Positions 9,552 through 21,200 of a DNA stretch of 64,000 nt are shown piece after piece. The position numbers and the translations under genes were made by a program. How positions within the stretch are numbered: position 1 is the first letter of the stretch; each line of letters starts with the position of its first letter. Under the pieces are notes generated by a model, which worked only from the letters and a program-made list of their open reading frames with translations, made no database searches and was not told where the DNA came from. The DNA comes from Clostridiaceae bacterium (GTDB lineage: Bacteria > Bacillota > Clostridia > Saccharofermentanales > Saccharofermentanaceae): contig JAAYCT010000014.1 in the NCBI GenBank assembly GCA_012729635.1, forward strand, positions 37,440 to 101,439, written 5' to 3'.

Positions 9552-10112
9552 TTAAACGTTTCTCTGATCCGCTATATTTTCGTCCGAAACATCCTTTGCG
9601 TTGTATAGAGACAGAAACAAAGACATGACCTTTTCCGACAGATAATTGAGCATTTGAACTTCGGGCGACTCCTCACTGATTGTCGATTTTCGGGATACCG
9701 CTTTGTATATTTTGTCCTGTGTAATCAGATAGAAAGCCCGTTCGTCCGCTTCGGGCAGAAGTGTGTGGTCGGCCACACCGAGTTTTGAAAGGACCCGATC
9801 GGTGCTGTATACAAATGCTCGCGTCGCCATTGCCAGATCCGGATATTTTTGTCCCATCCCCAGAACTCCGCCCCCGGTTTCATAATAAAGACTGATCGTA
9901 CCGTCAACGATACAAGCTACGGAATAAACGATACCGTCCATATTCGTATCGATCAGCACCGCGTGAACGTTATGCTCCCGCATATACGCCTCAAAATCAT
10001 TCCGACGAAGCCCCAAAACCATTCGACGCAAGCCCATATAAGGGCTATTCTTTCCGTCATCGTTACTCACGTCCCGTTCATCCGGGTTCCTGTCTTCTTT
10101 TGTATCGGTCAA
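9552..10112 (-). CDS. Hypothetical protein.
   Basis: 186-aa ORF. The start is uncertain, since an internal Met at plus 10035-10037 is also possible. Confidence 0.45.
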   Translation of the reverse strand: MTDTKEDRNPDERDVSNDDGKNSPYMGLRRMVLGLRRNDFEAYMREHNVHAVLIDTNMDGIVYSVACIVDGTISLYYETGGGVLGMGQKYPDLAMATRAFVYSTDRVLSKLGVADHTLLPEADERAFYLITQDKIYKAVSRKSTISEESPEVQMLNYLSEKVMSLFLSLYNAKDVSDENIADQRNV

Positions 10113-10247
10113 ATCCGGCCCCTTTCATTTTCTTTCTCTTATCCTTTGTGTCTCCTCAATTTTATCATACGGTCTGTCATTTCTGTTCCGGTCGTATGAT
10201 ACAATGGTATGTAAACACGCATATTTTCCGATGACGAAGGCAGAAAA

Positions 10248-10817
10248 ATGATTTGCGATAAATGCGGTTATAACATATCACGAGGATCAAAATGTCCGAA
10301 TTGTTATCATGATAATTCGGACACCGACTACACCCCCGATGAAATCGTTTCTTTAATAGGGAGCGACTTTGTCGCGGTAGACGTCGACCCCAAAAAGAAA
10401 ACGAAACCGCGCTTTACGCTTTTCAAGAGAAAAGACATCCCGCTCCGTTACATTAGTTCCGACCTGTTCGCATACGCGAGCGCATCCAGAAACCTATCCG
10501 TTATCATGATCGTTGCTTTGGGTATCTTTGGGTTTCTTCTTTATAAAACAGGCGGTTCGGATACATTACCCTTCACGATCGGAATCGGTATTTTTTTCAT
10601 GCTGGATGCGCTGTTGTCCGGCATGATCCTGCTCGGCAAAGATTGGGCCCTACTCTTATACGTCCCGTTTGTCATTCTCTCTTTTCCGTTCAAAGCATTA
10701 TATTTTCTCGGAACGCGATCCGGATACGATCGCGTAAAAGCCATTATTTATTACCGTTTCTTCATCCCTGATGTAAAGAAATATTTAACTCATCTGCGCG
10801 AGAAAAAAGTGTCGTGA
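10248..10817 (+). CDS. Zinc-ribbon-containing membrane protein.
   Basis: N-terminal CxxC...CxxC (MICDKCGYNISRGSKCPNCYHD) followed by three or four hydrophobic helices. Confidence 0.6.
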   Translation: MICDKCGYNISRGSKCPNCYHDNSDTDYTPDEIVSLIGSDFVAVDVDPKKKTKPRFTLFKRKDIPLRYISSDLFAYASASRNLSVIMIVALGIFGFLLYKTGGSDTLPFTIGIGIFFMLDALLSGMILLGKDWALLLYVPFVILSFPFKALYFLGTRSGYDRVKAIIYYRFFIPDVKKYLTHLREKKVS

Positions 10818-11050
10818 TCGAAGCTCGGATCGAAAGGGTTCAGGATCGAACCCAATGCGATGGCACGCATTCCGATAACAACGTATGTATCCCGATCCTC
10901 CCGCTCATTTTCCGAAAGAATCTCCCGAAGTGCGGTCAGATTTCGGAATAATCGTGTATTCTCGTAAGCTTCTTTGTTTTTCATGGCAACTCCTGTTGTA
11001 CTTTGAATGGTTATCCTATAAAATTTCAATTGAGAAAGGCAGGTGATACC

Positions 11051-11863
11051 ATGTATGACTTGAAAGATAAAGTGATGATCGTTACCGGTGCAGGCAGCGG
11101 AATGGGTAGAGAGCTCACCCTTCAGCTGGCCCGTAAAGGGGTAAAGGTTGCGGCCTGCGATATCAACGAAGAAACGCTGGCGGAAACTAAGACGCTCGTA
11201 TCCGATCCGGCACTGATTAAGACCTATGTGCTCGATGTTTCCGATTCCGCGAAGGTGACTGAATTCCCCAAGAAGGTGAAGTCGGATTTCGGCAATCTGC
11301 ACGGCATCATCAACAATGCCGGAATTATCCAGCCTTTTGTAAAGTTCATGGACTTAAGCGAGAAGTCGATTGACCGGGTCATGAACATTAATTTTTACGG
11401 CGTGATTAATTTAACGCGCGCGGTCGCACTTGAACTGGATGCCACGACCGATACCTTCATCGCCAACGTATCCTCGATGGGCGGTTTTCTTCCCGTGCCG
11501 GGTCAGGGCATTTACGGTGCCAGCAAAGCGGCAGTGAAGCTTTTCACCGAAGCGCTTTACGCGGAAATGAAGGGCACCTCGGTTCATGTATCCGTTATCT
11601 TCCCGGGCGCGATCGCCACTAATATTTCTGCAAACTCAATGGAAGACAAGCCCAAGGAATCTTCCGCCCCGAGCGATTCCGCCGCCAAGCACAAGACCAC
11701 ACCGGCCGATGTTGCCGCGGGTATCATCATCAAGGGTATCGAAAAGGGAAAACTCAAGATATTTGTCGGCGGTGACTCCAAGATGATGGATAAACTCTAT
11801 CGCCTGATGCCGGTCAAGTCCATCGACATGATGGCAAACCTGATCAACAAGATGACAAAATAA
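11051..11863 (+). CDS. SDR-family NAD(P)-dependent oxidoreductase.
   Basis: TGAGSGMGRE Rossmann motif, NNAG, and a YxxxK catalytic motif (YGASKAAVK). ATG at 11051 after AGGCAGGTGATACC. Confidence 0.85.
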   Translation: MYDLKDKVMIVTGAGSGMGRELTLQLARKGVKVAACDINEETLAETKTLVSDPALIKTYVLDVSDSAKVTEFPKKVKSDFGNLHGIINNAGIIQPFVKFMDLSEKSIDRVMNINFYGVINLTRAVALELDATTDTFIANVSSMGGFLPVPGQGIYGASKAAVKLFTEALYAEMKGTSVHVSVIFPGAIATNISANSMEDKPKESSAPSDSAAKHKTTPADVAAGIIIKGIEKGKLKIFVGGDSKMMDKLYRLMPVKSIDMMANLINKMTK

Positions 11864-11907
11864 AGCACATGCTCAACGGCTTCGTTCCTTCTTCAATGTG
11901 TTATCGC

Positions 11908-12669
11908 TTACTCCGGCTTTCTTGCGCCGATGAGAAAGCGATGCTCCGTTCCTTCGATAAAGCCGTCCTTTTCGAGTCTCCTCTGAAGGCCGCAAAGGGC
12001 GTCGAAGTGCTTTTCGACCGAAAAACCCGGGAACTCCCACTCGATGATTTTCGCAAAATAGACAAGCGCTCCGATGTCATCAAACCGAATCTTCGGAAAA
12101 GCCTCCCCGGCCAAAAGAATCTCGAATCCCTCTCGCTTCAAGCTTTCGGTATTCGCGAAAAGCGTATGCTCCGGACATTGCGGTCGATAGTCCGGGATGA
12201 CCAAGGGCGAAAGATCTTCATTATTCCGGCCTCCGACCTGCTGGGTGATGAAGAGTCCGCCGGGCACAAGAAGCCTCTTGATCTCGGACGCGACAAATGA
12301 TTCGTGCCGATTGGTGATGACGTCAAATGACGCGTCTTCGAACGGAAGATGCGAATCGTCCGGTGTGCCCTCGACAGTAATGCCGAGCGGCTCAAGCCTT
12401 TCCCGGCAAAGCGCGATGTTCGGCGGATACGATTCGGTCACGGAGGTCTTTTCGAAGGGGTGACCGAACGAAAGGAGCGCCTCTCCGCCACCTGTCCCGA
12501 GATCGAGCAGCCGATGGTGCGGCCGAAGATGGGACATCACGATCTCCTGGTAATCCCACGGAAGCGCTCCGCTGCGATAGCGTCCGTCAATATACGAAAA
12601 GTCCCAACCCTCGAAGCTTTTTCGCTCCTCCTCGGCCCATATCGTTTTCCATTGCTCACCGCTGTCCAT
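11908..12669 (-). CDS. Class I SAM-dependent methyltransferase.
   Basis: LLDLGTGGGEALL motif I. 253 aa. Confidence 0.8.
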   Translation of the reverse strand: MDSGEQWKTIWAEEERKSFEGWDFSYIDGRYRSGALPWDYQEIVMSHLRPHHRLLDLGTGGGEALLSFGHPFEKTSVTESYPPNIALCRERLEPLGITVEGTPDDSHLPFEDASFDVITNRHESFVASEIKRLLVPGGLFITQQVGGRNNEDLSPLVIPDYRPQCPEHTLFANTESLKREGFEILLAGEAFPKIRFDDIGALVYFAKIIEWEFPGFSVEKHFDALCGLQRRLEKDGFIEGTEHRFLIGARKPE

Positions 12670-12967
12670 TTTTGATCCTTTCTCACACCATAGTCAAATA
12701 TTTCCCGTTGCCGCATTCTTATGATTCTCTCCCATTCAAAAAACGGTCCCGCCCGGGCTTACCCGTTGAGCGCGTCTTCCCACCGTACCGGATCAAAAGC
12801 GACCGGAAACAGAGGTCGCACAAATAGCGTTCCCAATTTCTCCAGTTCACCTCCAGCGCCAGGCCGCCGTAGGTATCCCAATTCGTAAAATATGTGTGCG
12901 CGTGCTTTGCTGAGGCGAAGGCGGATCGACGGGCACGCATGATTCATAAGATATTCCATCGGATCTT

Positions 12968-13432
12968 TCATCTGATCGCACTGAAAATACGGACGACGTC
13001 TTCGATCTGCTTTTCGCGCAAATCGTCGGACCAATGGACAATGCCGCTGTTTATGATATCCGCTCCTTTTTTCCGGCAAGCCGCGCGAATTTGTTTGATC
13101 GATCGATTTCCGCCCATCCAGTCTTTTTTCAACTGTTGGGTAACGAAACAGTACACCTTTTTCCCGGAAAGATCGGAAATCGCGGAAAGGTATACCTTCA
13201 TCGGGGGCGAGATCGAGAACCCATGAACCGGCGTCGCGAAAATCACCGCATCGTAAGGGGCGACATCCGGAGCAGATGTAAGCCTGACCGCATATCCTTC
13301 TCCCTCGACCTCGATTTTTTCAACGCGAGCCGTATGTCCGGCCTCCTTCAGAACCTTTTCCACCCGTTCCGCCACCGACAACGTATTTCCGGTCTGTGAA
13401 TAGACGATAATCCCGATATTCATGTTTCGCAC
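12968..13432 (-). CDS. Flavodoxin-family protein.
   Basis: MNIGIIVYSQTGNT FMN-phosphate-binding loop. The start may be the Met three codons in. Confidence 0.75.
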   Translation of the reverse strand: MRNMNIGIIVYSQTGNTLSVAERVEKVLKEAGHTARVEKIEVEGEGYAVRLTSAPDVAPYDAVIFATPVHGFSISPPMKVYLSAISDLSGKKVYCFVTQQLKKDWMGGNRSIKQIRAACRKKGADIINSGIVHWSDDLREKQIEDVVRIFSAIR

Positions 13433-13690
13433 CTCATACCTATTTGTTGTGATTCATTCGATATAAACCAATATACTTCCGTTTTCTTTTTGCATCAACA
13501 AAAAGCCTTTGCCGGATAAAGTGACGGCAATCTGTTTTCAAGGGATTTTCTCCGCCCGATCCTTTCCGGTTATGGCTATACGAAAAGCGAAATGTTTCGG
13601 GAAATGTCATGAAAACGCGATAATGGTTGACGTGTCAACCATTCCCTGATACTCTGTATTCAATAACATCAAATTTGGAGGGTTCCGCCG

Positions 13691-14131
13691 ATGCCGGACG
13701 AGAGAGATATCTGGATACGGATGAATGCGATCCTCCGCTCTGCCCGTCAAATCGTCCATTCTGAGTTGGAGTCTTTGGATCTGAGCCACTCCGAAGGAGA
13801 CATCCTCTTTCATCTTCTTTCCGCAAACGACGGCATTTCGCAAGAAACACTCGCCGAACGTCTGGACATCGGCAAAGCCGCCATCTCACGCACCGTCGGA
13901 TCACTCGAATCAAAAGGCTTCATCCGTCGAGCGCGCCTGCCGGAAGACTCACGCGCATATCGTGTCGCTCTGACACCGAAAGCACGAAAAATCGGCAAAC
14001 CAATTGATGATGCATACCGGAAGGTATATGACATCGCTTTAACCGGGATCGACAAATCGGAGTTTTCCGGTTTCGACCGTTTCCTCGGAGTCGTCCACCG
14101 TAACCTGGACGAATGGGAGTCGAAGAAATGA
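13691..14131 (+). CDS. MarR-family transcriptional regulator.
   Basis: Winged-helix block ISQETLAERLDIGKAAISRTVGSLESKGFIRR. RBS GGAGGG. Confidence 0.8.
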   Translation: MPDERDIWIRMNAILRSARQIVHSELESLDLSHSEGDILFHLLSANDGISQETLAERLDIGKAAISRTVGSLESKGFIRRARLPEDSRAYRVALTPKARKIGKPIDDAYRKVYDIALTGIDKSEFSGFDRFLGVVHRNLDEWESKK

Positions 14132-14505
14132 CAGAATTTATCAAAGGCTTCGGAATTCTTGCCGGATACTTTATCGTCTGCGCATCCGCGGCACTTCTCA
14201 TACGCCGCCTGATCCGGATCCCGACGGAGGTCTTCCGTAAAATCCTTCACACGATCCTTCTTTGTTCTCTGTTTGTATGGCTCTACGCCTTCCCCAACTG
14301 GTGGACGGCTTCTCTTGCGGCGCTTTTGTTTGTCGCTGCCGTCTACCCGATCCTTTCTGTCGCCGAGAGATGGTCGGGCTATTCCGCTTTACTCACTGAG
14401 CGCAGAGGCGGAGAGATCAAGAACCGTCTCTTCCCGGTGTTTACGATGTTCGCGATCCTCAATGCCCTGTGCCGGGGACCGCGTGGCTTTGAAAGTGAAC
14501 ATTAA
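14128..14505 (+). CDS. Small integral membrane protein.
   Basis: About 125 aa with four hydrophobic helices. Overlaps the marR stop, so it is likely co-transcribed with MarR. Confidence 0.5.
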   Translation: MTEFIKGFGILAGYFIVCASAALLIRRLIRIPTEVFRKILHTILLCSLFVWLYAFPNWWTASLAALLFVAAVYPILSVAERWSGYSALLTERRGGEIKNRLFPVFTMFAILNALCRGPRGFESEH

Positions 14506-14517
14506 GGGGCGAAAACA

Positions 14518-15174
14518 ATGTCTTTGAAAGATTCTCCCGAAAACACGGCGCCCGAGCCGAATCACACAAAGTCCGGAGCGCGAACGCTTCTGGCCTCCCT
14601 CATCTTAAGTTCGCCCGGCCCCCTCGTCGTCGGGATCGGCCTTTTCCTCGGCAAGTCATCCACCCAACTGGCGGACTTCATCCGCCGTACCGCCGAGCTC
14701 CTCGCGATCCTTGTCTCTTTCATCATTTACCGGATCACGCATAAGGACGAGGCCTTCGACCCGGCCCGCAAACTTCGCCTCGAAAAACTGGCCAACCGCA
14801 GTGTCGGCATCGCGATGTGCGTGAGCGGCCTGGCGATGCTGCTGGTCGCGCTCCTTTTCCCTTCCGGGGAAAAAGGCAACGTGATCCCCGGCCTTGTCAT
14901 CGCGATCCTCGGTGTAACGACCAACACCTGGTTCTTTTTCCGCTACCGGAAACTCGATCGCGCGCACCCCAACGCGATCCTCGCCGCGCAGGTCGGCCTC
15001 TATCGCGCCAAGTCCCTCGTCGACACCTGCGTCATGATCTCGCTCCTTGTCGTCGCGATCGCCCCCGCCTCGCCGGCCGCCTACTGGTTCGACATCGTCG
15101 GATCGGTCATTGTATCGCTGTATTTGGTGGTGACGGGGATCGGGATCTTGAGGGGGAGAAAGATTACCCGATAG
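14518..15174 (+). CDS. Integral membrane protein resembling a cation-diffusion-facilitator transmembrane domain. It lacks the cytoplasmic C-terminal domain.
   Basis: 218 aa with about five or six TM helices. The CDF resemblance is weak. It converges on the 3' end of the giant RHS gene. Confidence 0.45.
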   Translation: MSLKDSPENTAPEPNHTKSGARTLLASLILSSPGPLVVGIGLFLGKSSTQLADFIRRTAELLAILVSFIIYRITHKDEAFDPARKLRLEKLANRSVGIAMCVSGLAMLLVALLFPSGEKGNVIPGLVIAILGVTTNTWFFFRYRKLDRAHPNAILAAQVGLYRAKSLVDTCVMISLLVVAIAPASPAAYWFDIVGSVIVSLYLVVTGIGILRGRKITR

Positions 15175-15282
15175 ATATTCGGGGTGTCCCATATCTTTTC
15201 ATGCCGGTCCATAATACTACACAATAATAGTCCCCATCTTTGTTGCCGGTTAATATCCGGATTCTCTTATTCTTGTCCCCGT

Positions 15283-18200
15283 TTACCGCGTAACAATGAT
15301 TACAGAACCAAACAATTCTGACTCCAGTAAAGGTTTGGATACCTCTGCTCCGGGATTCACTTCAAGAATAAATGTATACCCACGATCTTTTGCCCAATAG
15401 CTATAATCTTTTATTTGAGCTGAATTGTATATGTAATTATCATTCATTCTATGATACACAATTTTTTGATCGTGCCAAACCCCATTAGGCACTCTGTAAG
15501 TTGCGGTTCCGGAAAGGGACTCTATTCTTTCAGTTGTGATGAGATTTCCGTCTGCTTCTCTTTTATAAATAATGCCAAGAGCTCGATCCCTCTGAAGTGG
15601 CAAGTCCGCATCCCGAAATCTGTTACCACCCATCCCTACATCAGAATCGGCAGCAAGCTTGACTTCCCTAATGTAAACTTCATCTAAGGGACGCAAATCA
15701 TCGTATATATCTTTTCCGGTAGCACAGATGCTTATCACATCCCAACAAATACTAAGCACATCTCTAAGGTCGACACGTTTTCCTTCAGCCTGGGCGTTTT
15801 GTATATTCCCGATGCTGTCTCCGATTTCAAAGGGTTTCATAGTCAGCGACCCGGTATAGCCGATCACCTTACACATCTGTCCAATGACAATTGCCTTATC
15901 AGCAAATTTAGTACCTTTGAAATAAGCCTTCGCACTATTTCCGATTATTGATCCGATACCCGGAAGAGCCGAAAAGAAAGAGCATGCACTATCGAATAAA
16001 TTCTTTCTTCCCTTCTCAGTACTCAATCCACCCTCCAAAAGTCCTTCTCCCAAATACCAGAGAGCATTGGCAAAATCGGCAATGCAGCCGATGACAGGAA
16101 GGTAGCCGAGAACATCCAGAGCAAAATGGCCCATATCCTCTTTGGTTATTTTCATAAAGAAGAGGCCAAATGGGTCAAGTGCATTAATCGGATTACCCTG
16201 AACATAAGAGTACCGGTTCATGCTTTGGCTCTCAGAGACGTTTCCAATTATTACATCCTGATTGATGAATCGTTTGATATCCGCGTTGTAATAGCGGGCA
16301 CGCATCTGGTAGAGTCCGTTGGTGTCGGTGACAATACCATATTGCCCGTTATAGAGGAACTGGAACCCTTCGCTGGCCCCGCTGAGAAGCTCGCCATACG
16401 GGCCATACGAGAAAGTATTAGTAATAGCACCCGCTTCGTTCGTGATTGCTGTCGTGCTTCCGATTTGATTAAAGTGGTAGATCAGGTATCCTCTGTCTGA
16501 ACTCTTTTCGCCGATTAATCCGATGCCATATACATAGAGCGTTTCTGATCCCGTTGAGGAATATTGTCCGTCGCCGGTCGACTCATAGACTGTAGATACA
16601 AGGATATTCGAGAGTGTAGCGACCGGATCCATAATGTATTCAATACGTCTAGATTTTTCATTGACCGCTATGCGCCGGTTTTCGGCATTGTACTCATAGG
16701 TCGTTTCTCCGGCCCGGATCAGCCGGTTTCTGGCATCATATTCGAATTCCGTCATGATCCCGTTCAACGGACCGTATGTCATATTTCCGTCGGCATCATA
16801 GAGAACATCTTGTCCGTTATATGTGATTAATCGATTTGCCTCATCATAGGTCATAGTGACATTCTCGAGGCCTTCCGGGTCTATGCTCTCCGAATCGGTT
16901 ATGCCCGTGATGTTTCCGGCGGCGTCATATTCGAAACGATAACTGTTGATGGATACGCTTCCGACATAGTCATCCTGTGAGATTATTCTGCCTTTGGCGT
17001 CGTATCCATATATCTCATAACTTCCGTCCGGCCGGACCACCGATGTCAGCCGACCGTTGGCGTCATACCCGTAAATCGTTTCACGCCCGTCCCAGTCGGT
17101 GACCGAATGCAGACTGCTGTCAAGATTATAGCTGTATCGGACAATTTCTCCGCCCGGGTACGTCAGCGATATCCGATTGCCCAACTCATCGTATGCGTAT
17201 TGGACCGTCTTGCCGTTGTGGTCCGTATAGGCCGTCACCCGGTTCAGCTCGTCGTACTGTCTGGAGATTGTTCCGCTCTCATCCTGAACCCTCAGGAGAT
17301 TTCCGTTATTGTCGTACGTATATTGGATTGTACCGGCTTCATCCGTCATGGAGGTGATCCGACCGATGTCATCATAGGTATAGGTTGCTTTTTGATCCCG
17401 ACCGTTTTCCGATTCTGCGAGCAATCCGGCCGCGTTGTACGTATATTCGGATTCACTTCCGATTGCGTTGACAACGGCCGTGATGCGACCCATGGAGTCG
17501 TATGTGAAAGAGGTTGTGCCGCCGTTCGGATCAGTTTGGCTGATAACGTTTCCGGAATTGTCATAAGTACAGCCGGAAATACCGTTCAAAGGATCAACGA
17601 CACTGACCATCCTTCCGAACTCATCGTACTCAAGCGATGTAGTCGTCTGTGATGAAGTGTTCAGGTTCTCAACCAAGCTTTGGATCGCACCGGCATCGTT
17701 ATAACTGATTTTCGTGATACCGCCGAGCGCATCGGTCGATTCAATCAGTTGATTCATATTGTTATAGTTGTTTTGCTCAATGACATTACCGAGCGCATCG
17801 GTCATACGGATGACGTTTCCGATACTGTCATAGGAGACGAACCTGCTGTTGCCGTTCACGTCCGTGGTCTCAATGACCCTTCCGAGTGCATCGTGTTTTA
17901 AGCATTCCGATACAATCCCGATTGAGGTCTCCGTCCAAGTCCGAATCAAACGATTCTCTTTGTCGTACGTGAAATGGTACGTCTGGCCGAGTGCGTCAGT
18001 CATTGACGTGCAATTCCCCATAACATCATATGCATAGTTGGTCTCGTTGCCGTTTGGATCCGTCACCCGAATCAGATTGCCGAACAAATCGTATTCCATT
18101 CGGGTTTCGTTGCCGAGAGTGTCCCGAATACACGTGGTATTGCCCGCTATGTCGTACTCGTACGAGGTGACATGATTATTCACGTCCGTGACGTTGATTA

Positions 18201-21200
18201 TCTGCCAACTCGAGTTGTAGTTTTTCAGCATTTGGCTTCCATCCGGATAAACAACCTTATATAGCTGTCCGTTTGGATAATAGAAGTAACTCGTCGTTTC
18301 TCCGTTTGCGTCCGTTGATGTCTGAAGAAAATTGTTTGCATCATAGGTATACGATTCTGAAACACCCTCAACAGAGGTCCGAATCGCGTTCCCTGCCGGA
18401 TCGAACTCTGTATTCGTCACTTTACCGTCCGGATCAACGCGTTGCGTCACACGCCCCTCACTGTCATACCGGTACGCCAGATACGTGTCGTCCGCAAAAA
18501 TCTGTTTGACGAGTTGCCTGTACGAATACTCGAAAACTGTCGTATTGCCGTTTGCATCCGTTACTGATGTCGTTTTACCGATTTCGTCATATTTGTAGGT
18601 TGTTTTCCCTCCGAGTGCGTCCGTCTTTTGCACCACCCTTCCGAGCAGGTCGTACGCAAAAGTCGTTTTAGCGCCTTCCCTGTCGGTGATGGAAATCAGA
18701 TTACCGACCGCATCGTATTCGAAACGAGTCGTATTGCCCATAAAATCTATCACGGAAGTCAGACATCCGTTTTCGTATTCATACGTCTCGGTTCCTTTTC
18801 CTTCGACGGTTTTTGAAATAAGCTGAGCCTCGTCATCGTAACTGTAAAAAGTACGCACACCGACTTCATCTGTTTCGGTAATCATGAGATTCCGGTCATT
18901 GTAGGCATATGTGCGAGTAGCTCCTCCTTGAGAGGCTATTCCGGTTACATTGCCACTGTCATCATAAGAAAAATGCGTTTCATCGCCGTAATAATCACGA
19001 ACGACTGTGCGATTTCCGGCGGAATCATAATCATAGTACATCGTATACCCGCCGGCATTGGTTTCGGAAATGAGTTGACCGATCGCATTGTAGGTATAGA
19101 CATTTCCGTTTCCGTTTTGGTCGGAAGTACTGAGCATTTGCCCTAAATTGTTAGACTTCGCCTGAATTTTCCCACCGTTTCGATCCGTGATTTCAACGAG
19201 AAGAACTCCCGTTTCAGGGTCCTCTGTATAGGAGAAGATCGTAAGCGGAGTGTTCGGATTACCGTCGTCCTGAGTCAGCACCCGCCCTTCTTCGTCATAA
19301 GTATTCGTAACGAGTACGTCTCCCGTATTACTTGTTGCCGAGTATAGTTTTCCAGCCTCGTCATAGGAATAGGAGAGCGTCTCTCCGAGCGCGTTGGTAT
19401 ATGATGTTAAATATCCGTCCGAATACGTGAAGGAAACGGTCCTTCCGATATTGTCCGTTGCCGATGCGATGTGACCATCCTCGTCGTAATGAATACAAAA
19501 AAACTTCCCGGACGCAGGATCGGTTACCGTGGTTTTCATGTCCTCGTGAGTAAGCGTTACGGTGCGTCCGTTGCTCTCCCGAATCTTTGTAAGTTTTCCG
19601 TCCGCGTTAAACTCGTAAGAATCCCCGGCTGGAGAAGTCATCAAATACGCTCCGGATTCATCTCTCGAGAGCTTGTAGTCTCTCATCCCGTAGCTGATGC
19701 ATGTGTATTCTTCCGCAAGAGAAGGATTCGCCTGAAGGTGAATCACGCCGTCTTCAACCGTGCCGTAAACGATCCCTTCAATGGAATTGGTTGTAACGAA
19801 TGCCAGATAATTAGTCGGAGTCCAGTAAAAACGCACTTGTCCGTCTTCCATTCGAATCTCGTTTTCATAACCGTGACTCCATCCGTAACCGACTTCGCCT
19901 TCCGCTTCAGTCAAAAGAGAATTGTACTCAAGATCCAGTGAAAGATTGGTCGATCCTTGAACGGATAATGTTTCAATCAGATCCAGATACGCTCCGGTCA
20001 TATAATCTACCGGATCGCAAATTACCGTTAGAAAAGAATTATACATATAATTGTAATGAGAAATATGACTCGAAATCGGTTCAACCGAGACAGTGACGCC
20101 CGTATTTTGTCCTTCCAAAACAGTCACCAGAGAGTCGATCAGATAATAGTAAACTTCATTCTGGTTTCCTGAAGCGTCAAAAGTCTCATGATATGTCCCG
20201 AAAATGGTCTGACCTGGCATGATCGCATCAAAAGATACGGAAGCTCCCTTGGATAGTGAGAGGTCATAGTGGTCTGCTTCCGAGGAGAACTCTCCGCTGA
20301 ACCTGGGCCCTTCACCGTCACAATTTATTATCTCCTGTTTTCCCGTTACGGAATCAATTACTACGATCCTCTGTTTAAGTCCGGGATCTTCAAAAGGCCC
20401 GAATGTCGTAGTCAGACTTACAATAGGTGAATCTGATGTATTCGTAACCGCAAAGTAGACATAATACTCCTCTCCCACATTCGCGGTCTCTTCCGGCATG
20501 AGTGTGATACGAATTCCTTCTCCCTCAGTCTCAAAATCCTGCGTTGTGTGGAATTTGGCAGAGACCGGCGCATCAAAGGGATATAGTGTTCCCTCAAACG
20601 CTGCATCAATTGCATGGGTCCCCGGAATGTCGGACTTAACAAACCAAGACACGTTGGATTCTTCCTGTCCGTAGATATTATACATATCCTGCTCCAAAGA
20701 CTGTTTTGCTTCCGTTGCCGCCAGCGAAACAGGTGAGGATAGTTGAAGGGATGCCTTACAGTCCGAGAGATAGAATTCAGGATCTGCGTTGTTGATGACA
20801 CCAAGCGTTACGTTGTACATGTTTTTTAGCCAGGAAACGCTTTGCCTTGTATAAACATAGCCAAAAATCGCATCTTCCGGCTCAAGACTTACACCTCTCC
20901 CCCCAACGAGCACCCAATTCCAACGTTCGTCTTCTTTATCTTCTACGATCGGACGAATTTCTCTGCCACCATAAACAAATGCATAGGTGGTAGGTAGAGG
21001 GCTTTGCATAAAAGTAAGTCTCATGCTAAATGTAAACGTTTCCATATTGTCAGGATCGTCGAAGTCAATACCGGCAAGGATCATTTCATCCAGACTCATC
21101 CGATGAGAAGTCAATTGACCGGAGACTAGAGTCCCCTCGGACAACACGATCTTTTCGGTTTTGCTGGATCCGGCCGCCACGGAGAAGACCTTCTCCTGCG

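Noticed and set aside
10790-11302. 170-aa minus ORF overlapping the SDR gene.
   Set aside because: It is antisense to a well-supported SDR CDS. Only its 3' 64 codons (10790-10983) lie in intergenic DNA, with no convincing RBS, so it was not called.
14656-15192. 178-aa minus-strand ORF directly downstream of the RHS gene. Considered as a possible immunity protein.
   Set aside because: It is antisense to a gene with clear transmembrane helices (14518-15174, +). Its translation is a low-complexity Arg/Asp/Gly string typical of a wrong-frame read of GC-rich DNA. It has no RBS.
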